A stretch of DNA of 64,000 nt, from NCBI GenBank assembly GCA_002269645.1, contig NIVC01001238.1, positions 186,001 through 250,000 of the forward strand, given 5' to 3'. The notes under the pieces were generated by a model, which had not been told where the DNA came from, did no database searches, and worked only from the letters and a program-made list of their open reading frames with translations. Position numbers and translations under genes: made by a program. The stretch is from Macrostomum lignano (Eukaryota). Of the stretch, positions 57,920 through 64,000 are shown piece by piece; position 1 is the stretch's first letter, and each line of letters begins with the position of its first letter.

Positions 57920-59110
57920 GGACTAAAAGACAACCTTGTTGATAACATTCAGCTGAAATTCTACAAATATCTCCTCAATCTACCAAAATTTGCTAGCAAC
58001 AGTGTGATATCATCAGAACTTGAGCTTACTCCAATCTCCCAACGAATTGCTAAAACCTATCTTACCTACTGGCTGAAGATTAGACATCAAAAACTTTGCC
58101 AAACGACACTAGAAATTTTCTACTCAAACACCAGCCAAAAAAATCCATGGAAAACAAATATACTAAAGAAACTGGAAAGTATAGACTTAAAAGCACTAAC
58201 TGAAGATAAACTTTCCCAAAGCTTTAATAACGAGAAATACCTAGTGAAAAAGCACCTCAAGATACACAGAGAAAGAGAACTTAGCCAAAAGCTAGAGAAT
58301 CAGCAACATATTAAACTCTATAAAAACGCCTATCTCTACAAAAAAATCTGCAGGCCTGACCTTTCAGATTACTTTCCATGCACTTTTAGAAACAAAAAAT
58401 TCCTAACAACCCTCCTAAAACTGAAATGCGAAATTACACCCAACATTTTCTCTCATGAACCATGTAGACTGTGTGGAGCGAGAAATGGTTCCGATATCCT
58501 ACACTACTTGACCGAATGTCCACAAACCGAAAAGTTCAGAAAAAAATACTTCTGTCAGTACCTCCTAAATGACAAGCAAGTACACAAGTTAGGATATGCT
58601 ACAAATGAAAAAAGAGTCAGAAAAGAGCTCACTGGTGTAGCTAAAATATATGAAGTCATGAATAGCTAAAACAGTTATGCAAACTGAAACAGACATATCA
58701 GCAGTGAAATAAATCCGCCTTTCCCATTTTTAATTTCCTACTTAATTAGCACTTAAATAGTATTTAATTAGTTTCCTATCTAATACCTATTTAAATCGTC
58801 GTCATTCGCTTAACGTAAAGTCCCTTCGAAGTTCGTTTTTGTTCATTTTTCTTTCGTTTTTACTTTTATTAACTGCAATACTTTTTTTAACTCCTTGCTT
58901 TTTCTTTCGCTTCGTTAGTCGTCCAAGTATCGTTAATAACTTTTCCGCGTTCTTTCAAATACCATTTTGCAAAACTCGTACTAATCATAATTAAATAACT
59001 AGTGCTAAAATATTGTCTCCTATTCCTGAAGCAATCTTAAATACATAGAAATATATTGGCCAAACAGGCTTCTTGCCTGAGCCAACTTACTACTACTACT
59101 ACTACTACTT
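57920..59110 (+). mobile_element. 5'-truncated non-LTR retrotransposon (LINE) 3' end
   Basis: Open frame from 57920: DNIQLKFYKYLLNLPKFASNSVISSELELTPI (post-RT region) through a CCHC finger CRLCGARNGSDILHYLTEC to the stop at 58669. A (TAC)n tract at ~59088-59108 may be the tail. Clade not assigned. Confidence 0.75.
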
Positions 59111-59826
59111 GTTCACCGTGAAGGCCGCCTAATTCTCGAACACTTGCTTCTATCTTTTGTAATAAGTTTCAATTTTTCATTGGCTGCTATAGCCTATATA
59201 GATTTCTGGTGTAAGCCCTACCCTAGATTTATCTTTACTTAATGCGATAATGTATTACTATTCGTAATTCGTGATGATACATCTACTATCCTCAAATTAA
59301 ACCTTCCTAGTAGTATTTTTTACTAATTCTTCCTTGGATAGCTTCTAGGATTGTATTTCATATTCTAGTGCCAGGTGCCAGCAACAAACCCAGATTGGCC
59401 AGAAATGTTTTTATGCAATAGGCAATAGGGATGCTATGTAACATCCTGACTTAAAAATTACAATTTTAAATTGGACCTTGGATGCAATGTTTTTTTAGTT
59501 AGGCCTACTGCATATCTATTGCTATGCCTAGCACTAGTAAGCACTAGTTAACTAATGCATAGTCATGTGTACATTTTAAGTTAGGCCTTAAAAGATTCCG
59601 GCATTAACTAGAGGCCCATGTACTAGGCCTAAAACTAAAAATATATGTTTTATTTACTTCTAGCTTTTTAAAGTCAAAGTTTTATAGTTGTTGAATTGGC
59701 TTATTAGGCTATTTTGTTCTGTTGTAGGCCTCTTAGCCTTAGATAGGCCCTAGCTTCTTCCTTAGGCCTAAATAGTTTTTGTTTTGATTTTTATGTCAAA
59801 AGTAATAAATAATTTCCATGAGCCTA

Positions 59827-61101
59827 CCGGGTGTTGCAAAAAAAACTTGACACTTCTAATTCCCTATATAAATAGGCCTATATAGCATCAATACCAGATC
59901 TTTTATAGTCATTTCGAAGCGCTCTTTCTAAGCATTCATTTGCTCTTACAGCGAAGCCAATTGCATCTGCACAGTCTGAAATAGAAGCAAGAAGGCACAG
60001 AGTGTCGACCTTACTGGACGCGGGCATGCCTGTGGCGCAGATTGCCAAGAGCATTGGCATCAGCCGGCAGGCAGTCTATGACATCAAAAGGCAACTGGAT
60101 GACGGCAAAGGGCTCGAAAGACAGCCAGGATCGGGCAGGCCTCCAAAACTCGACTTGGCCGAAGTCAGGCAGATTTTCACAGACAACCCAATGGCCAAAA
60201 TGTCCGAGGTGGCCAAGGCGGCAGGTGTTAGCAAATCAACAGTCTCTAGAGCTGTCAAGAGTGCTGGAGGCACTTCCCTTCACCAAGTTGAGCGGCCACT
60301 GCTGTCAGATCAGCAGCAGCAGATACGATTGGAGCGGTCCAAGAAGTTGCTTAACAACTTGAAAAGCTTTGGCGGTCGCATTCTGATTTTCTCGGATGAG
60401 AAGACATTCAGCATCAATCCCGTGTTCAACCGGCAAAATGATCGATTTGTCAGCTTCAGCGAGGAGGATCGAGCCTGCCGGTATGTTTCCACCACCAAGC
60501 ATCCGGCCTCCGTGATGATGCTCGGCGTCGTAGCCTCCAGCGGTGACGTCATGCCTCCTGTTTGGTTCTCGCAAGGGTATCGCCTAAATGCGGCCGACTA
60601 CAAGGCAGTTCTACAGAAGAAAGTGCTCCCATGGATCACTCGAGTCACTAAGGGGAAGCCTTATGTGTTCCAGCAGGACGGAGCACCTGCACACACGGCT
60701 ATCACTGTGCAGAGCTGGATGGCACAGAAGATGTCGTTTTGGGACAAATCGTTTTGGCCACCCCAGTCACCAGACCTAAACCCACTGGACTTCGCCATTT
60801 GGGCGCGTGTAGAGTCTGAGGCCTGCGCTATGCGACATCCAAGCGTTGAGGCGCTCAAAGCCAGTGTGTCTGAGAAATGGACGAACATGCCGCCCGATTT
60901 CATAATCAGTGTGTGCTCCAGCTTCCGGTCACGCCTGGAGAGAGTTGTTTCGGCCAACGGCGGCTACATTGACTGAACATGTGCTACTCATGCCTATGTT
61001 TATATTTAATAGCTTTTTACTTGGTTTTAATCATGCTTGCCTTTCTAGGGGGCCTTTGTTTTTAGTAAACAGATTTGTCAAGTTTTTTTTGCAACACCCG
61101 G
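59827..61101 (+). mobile_element. Tc1/mariner element (maT/DD37D-like), 1275 bp, TA TSD
   Basis: Perfect 26-bp TIR CCGGGTGTTGCAAAAAAAACTTGACA, with TA on both sides. Confidence 0.95.
59981..60976 (+). CDS. Tc1/mariner transposase with an uninterrupted frame; the presumed start codon reads ATA
   Basis: HTH regions, GSGRP linker, FSDEK, QQDGAPAH, WPPQSPDLNPLD. 36 residues lie between the second and third Asp. ATA GAA GCA at 59981 is in frame; the first ATG is at 60026. Confidence 0.9.
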   Translation: MEARRHRVSTLLDAGMPVAQIAKSIGISRQAVYDIKRQLDDGKGLERQPGSGRPPKLDLAEVRQIFTDNPMAKMSEVAKAAGVSKSTVSRAVKSAGGTSLHQVERPLLSDQQQQIRLERSKKLLNNLKSFGGRILIFSDEKTFSINPVFNRQNDRFVSFSEEDRACRYVSTTKHPASVMMLGVVASSGDVMPPVWFSQGYRLNAADYKAVLQKKVLPWITRVTKGKPYVFQQDGAPAHTAITVQSWMAQKMSFWDKSFWPPQSPDLNPLDFAIWARVESEACAMRHPSVEALKASVSEKWTNMPPDFIISVCSSFRSRLERVVSANGGYID

Positions 61102-64000
61102 TATAGCTAGGTTTATTTTTTATATGTAGAGTGTATATATGCACTTTTAATTTAAAATTGCACCCAGAAATTGAAAATTGCAATTTAAGGACAGTCTTAT
61201 AACCTGATTTTCTGTTAAACTTGAAGCCACATTTGCATTGCCCTAAATGGCTAAAATAAGAAAAATAAAAAATTGCACTTTGAGCCTTAAAATTACACTA
61301 TAAAAATGAGTATAGAGTGTACTTTTGTACCTTGTCTCTGGCAAAAAAAGAAAACCTTGGCCTATAGGCCTTTATATATTGCTTCCTCTTTGCCTTTATT
61401 ATTGGCTAATGGCATATATATGATGTTTTCAATATATCAATATTTTGAATATTAGGCCTAGTCATTAGTGCATTTTTCTTGGCTAGGCCAATGAAAATTT
61501 AAATAAAAAATAGATATAGCCTTATAATTTATTATTAGGCCTATATCACATTCAAAAATTGGATTAGGCCTAATAGAGAATAAATAGAGTTGGTATGCCT
61601 AGAAGTTTTATATAAAATTGATATTCTAATCTTTTTATTTTGCTTTGAGATTAGGCCCTAAGCTTTAGCCTATGTATTTAAGCCTAAGGCAAAGTTATTG
61701 TATAATACACTTGTGTGAATATATAGTAGGGGCCTAGGCAATTTATTTATTAGATTTTTAATGTATATTAGTATAATAATCTATTATTTATTATTTTTTG
61801 TTTTTTTACTTATGAATTTCAAATTATTTCAGCCTAACAACCTATAAACTATAACCTTTATTAAACTTATCCTTTTCAGCCTTATCAAAACATGCTATCC
61901 ATCATAGTGGAAGCTAACCTGGATCTTGAATCTTCCTGGATTGAGCCAATTCTAAACTAGTAGTTGGCTAGCAAAGGATCAATTTACAGCAAGTTTTCCA
62001 CCAAGCAATGAGCAACTTGGTCATTATTGCATTAACCAAGTATTTCTATGCAATGACTGGGTATGATGCATTATAAAATTATACACTTGCACTTGAGTAT
62101 TTTTGCATTTTTATTTAGTGTATTTTAACTTGTTTTTGATTCACCATTTTATTGCTTCTGTGACTTTTAAACTGTGCCTTTTATAAAATGAAAATATAAA
62201 TCATAAATTACATTGAACCATGTTTAGAAGCCTACTAAATAGCTTCTCTTTCATATCAATATTGCCTGAAACGAAACAAAAGAGTGCTGTAATATTTTTA
62301 GTCATTTTTCTTTTAAACAACTGTGATTGCAATGGCAACAGCATTTCTTAAATGATCTTGGGCAAGATGTCTTCTGCAAGTCATCTGGAAGATGTCTTTA
62401 AGTAGATTTTAAGATGTCTTGAAGATGTCTGAAGACGTCTTCAAGTTATCTCTAAGTTGTCTACAAGTGTTGCAAGGAGCCAATTTTTAGACCGAATTAA
62501 GTCAATTGTAAGATGTCTTGAAGACATCTTTCTGTCTTATGCAAGACATCTTTAAGACATAATTAAGCCAACTTTTTTTGATCGGCCGTTTACGTCGGCG
62601 CTAGGGCCTCGGACGCCGAGAAGATGAACGCGCTGCAGTATGGTCATGTGAGTGACTGCTCGAGTTTGAGATAGCTGTTGTGAAGTTAGATTGTGCGGTT
62701 GGCGGGGGGCTGTGGGCGCTCATTTCCCTGACCCCTGAGCTCTGTGCCTTTGGAGTTCAAAGTCAGAGTTAGATGCATTACCCGCTGAGCTAATCTACAC
62801 CCCAGAGTTTAAGATGATCTGGGCTCTCTACTAACACTTGGTCCATTTCGAATCGCAGGACTACCTGAAGACCACGCAGCACCCCCTGATTCCGATGACG
62901 GCCTGCCGCGGCAACAAGAAGAACCCGCAGATGGAGAAGGTCCTGGACTGATCGCTAACGAATCCTACTAATAGTAGTAATAACAAGAACAAGACTGCTC
63001 GCTTCCTATGCGAACCCATGCAGCGCTAATCCGTACCCGTAGTTGAACAGCTGCCTGCATTTAAACCTTAAATGCACCGTCTGTTTAGTACTTATGACAT
63101 TTAATCCGCTGAATATCTTCTGATTATAGTTAAAAATTCAGATTTAGTAATATAGATTTAACCCTACGTGTGCTTTGCCTTAATTATAATGATCAGCTGA
63201 CAGCAGGTCTCACTAAACTTTTTAGTCGGTTTTCAATGCTCTGCAATCAGCAATTTCAAACAATTTTAATCTTGTTTATCAGCTCTTATTAAATAATCTG
63301 GAAACATTAATAAACACGTGGTGCGAGTTAATTACCGCATAAAATACCACTGCTGAAGGATTTTATATTTGTCACCTGCTGCGTTTGGTTAGAAATTGAT
63401 TTTCAATTTCAAGGACCAAGGACAGTGGTCATTGGGACACCATTTCTGCAAAATGCATTGGCTCACATTCTCGAGTTCTCCTTCTCTTTCGAGATCCGAG
63501 GCTCGCATCTCCTTGGCGCATTTTCTACCTGACTTGGGCCTTCAAATAAATATGATTATTTCGAGGTGTTGTCAACTGTGCTCCTTGCTGCTGAATTGTA
63601 GTGTAATTTTAACTACTAACTCCTCAAGGATCTATCAGGACTCGAGCTGACGTTCTCACATACATCTGGAAGTCTGAAAAAGATGCCTGTCACAGTCCCA
63701 AAATTCAATGATGATGAGACACTTCCAAGCCACATCATGATTCCAGCCTCCAGTCTGCTTCTAGCCTTTTTCCCGGAACCGCTTGAAGTCACGAACTGTT
63801 TCATTCGAGACTGCACTCACTTTATTGGAGTTCCTCAAACACGAATCACCTGGTCAGTGTGACCCGATCTCCAGCGGTGCGCGTGTGCCCAGCTAGAAGC
63901 CCCTGGATATCTGTTCATGCCATCATGCGTCAGTCTTCCCCGAACTGATCGGGAAGGTGTAATTTTTTTTGGATTATAAGCGCCAAATTTCGTTAAGTCA

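Larger units (their letters stand above)
57344..62586. mobile_element. Non-autonomous DNA transposon of unassigned superfamily, with apparent 4-bp TSD CGTT, hosting nested elements
   Basis: TIR (C/G)CCGATCAAAAA(G)AAGTTG(T/G)CTTAA. Both ends carry ~200-250 bp arrays of AAGACATCTT/AAGATGTCTT motifs. TSD at 57340-57343 and 62587-62590. Confidence 0.75.
56913..62951 (+). pseudogene. Gelsolin/severin-like gene fragment (linker plus last gelsolin domain); exons ~56913-57022, 57148-57226, 57303-57343 joined to 62587-62647, and 62859-62951
   Basis: KAIFR|LSDESG*LQYSLVFEGKCPRSMINED|DVYIIDTGVEI...VYVGARASDAEKMNALQYGH|DYLKTTQHPLIP. In-frame TAG at 57167-57169, an extra 2 nt at ~57337, a 5.2-kb insertion inside an exon, and no upstream exons. 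Confidence 0.8.

Noticed and set aside
62740-62815. tRNA-like A box on the minus strand (TAGCTCAGCGG)
   Set aside because: No B box or cloverleaf; at most a SINE relic in a gelsolin intron.
63390-64000. Moderately GC-rich segment with short ORFs on both strands
   Set aside because: All frames contain stops and no motif was recognised; it may be a decayed exon or TE continuing beyond the window.

Overview
This is animal (metazoan) nuclear DNA, not prokaryotic. It has GC-rich exons, GT-AG spliceosomal introns, and a different 14-47 bp minisatellite filling most large introns and many intergenic gaps. That architecture resembles the flatworm Macrostomum (inference from sequence style only). Genes reconstructed by hand, in order: an N-terminal segment of a Polinton/Maverick-type protein-primed DNA polymerase B with an apparent intron (minus strand, runs off the left edge); two disrupted tandem PAN/apple + C-type lectin paralogs; the 3' exons of WDR43/UTP5; NDUFAF3 with a long C-terminal extension; a Tctex-1-domain dynein light chain gene under a double RFX X-box promoter; a tRNA-Ile with the eukaryote-atypical GAT anticodon; an uncharacterised multi-exon gene with ciliary microtubule-inner-protein-like motifs; an orphan two-TM gene; a 4-exon FABP gene and a convergent cytochrome b5 gene whose 3' ends are tandemly duplicated together; and a 5'-truncated gelsolin-like pseudogene. 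Mobile elements: a tRNA-derived SINE family, a solo LTR, a decayed Ngaro-type tyrosine-recombinase retrotransposon, three MITEs, a THAP/P-element derivative with an observable empty site, and a nested stack (unclassified DNA transposon containing a LINE 3' fragment and a near-intact Tc1/mariner with DD36D spacing). Most long ORFs in the supplied track are artefacts of tandem repeats. Gene models and family calls come from manual reading and motif recognition; no database search was run.
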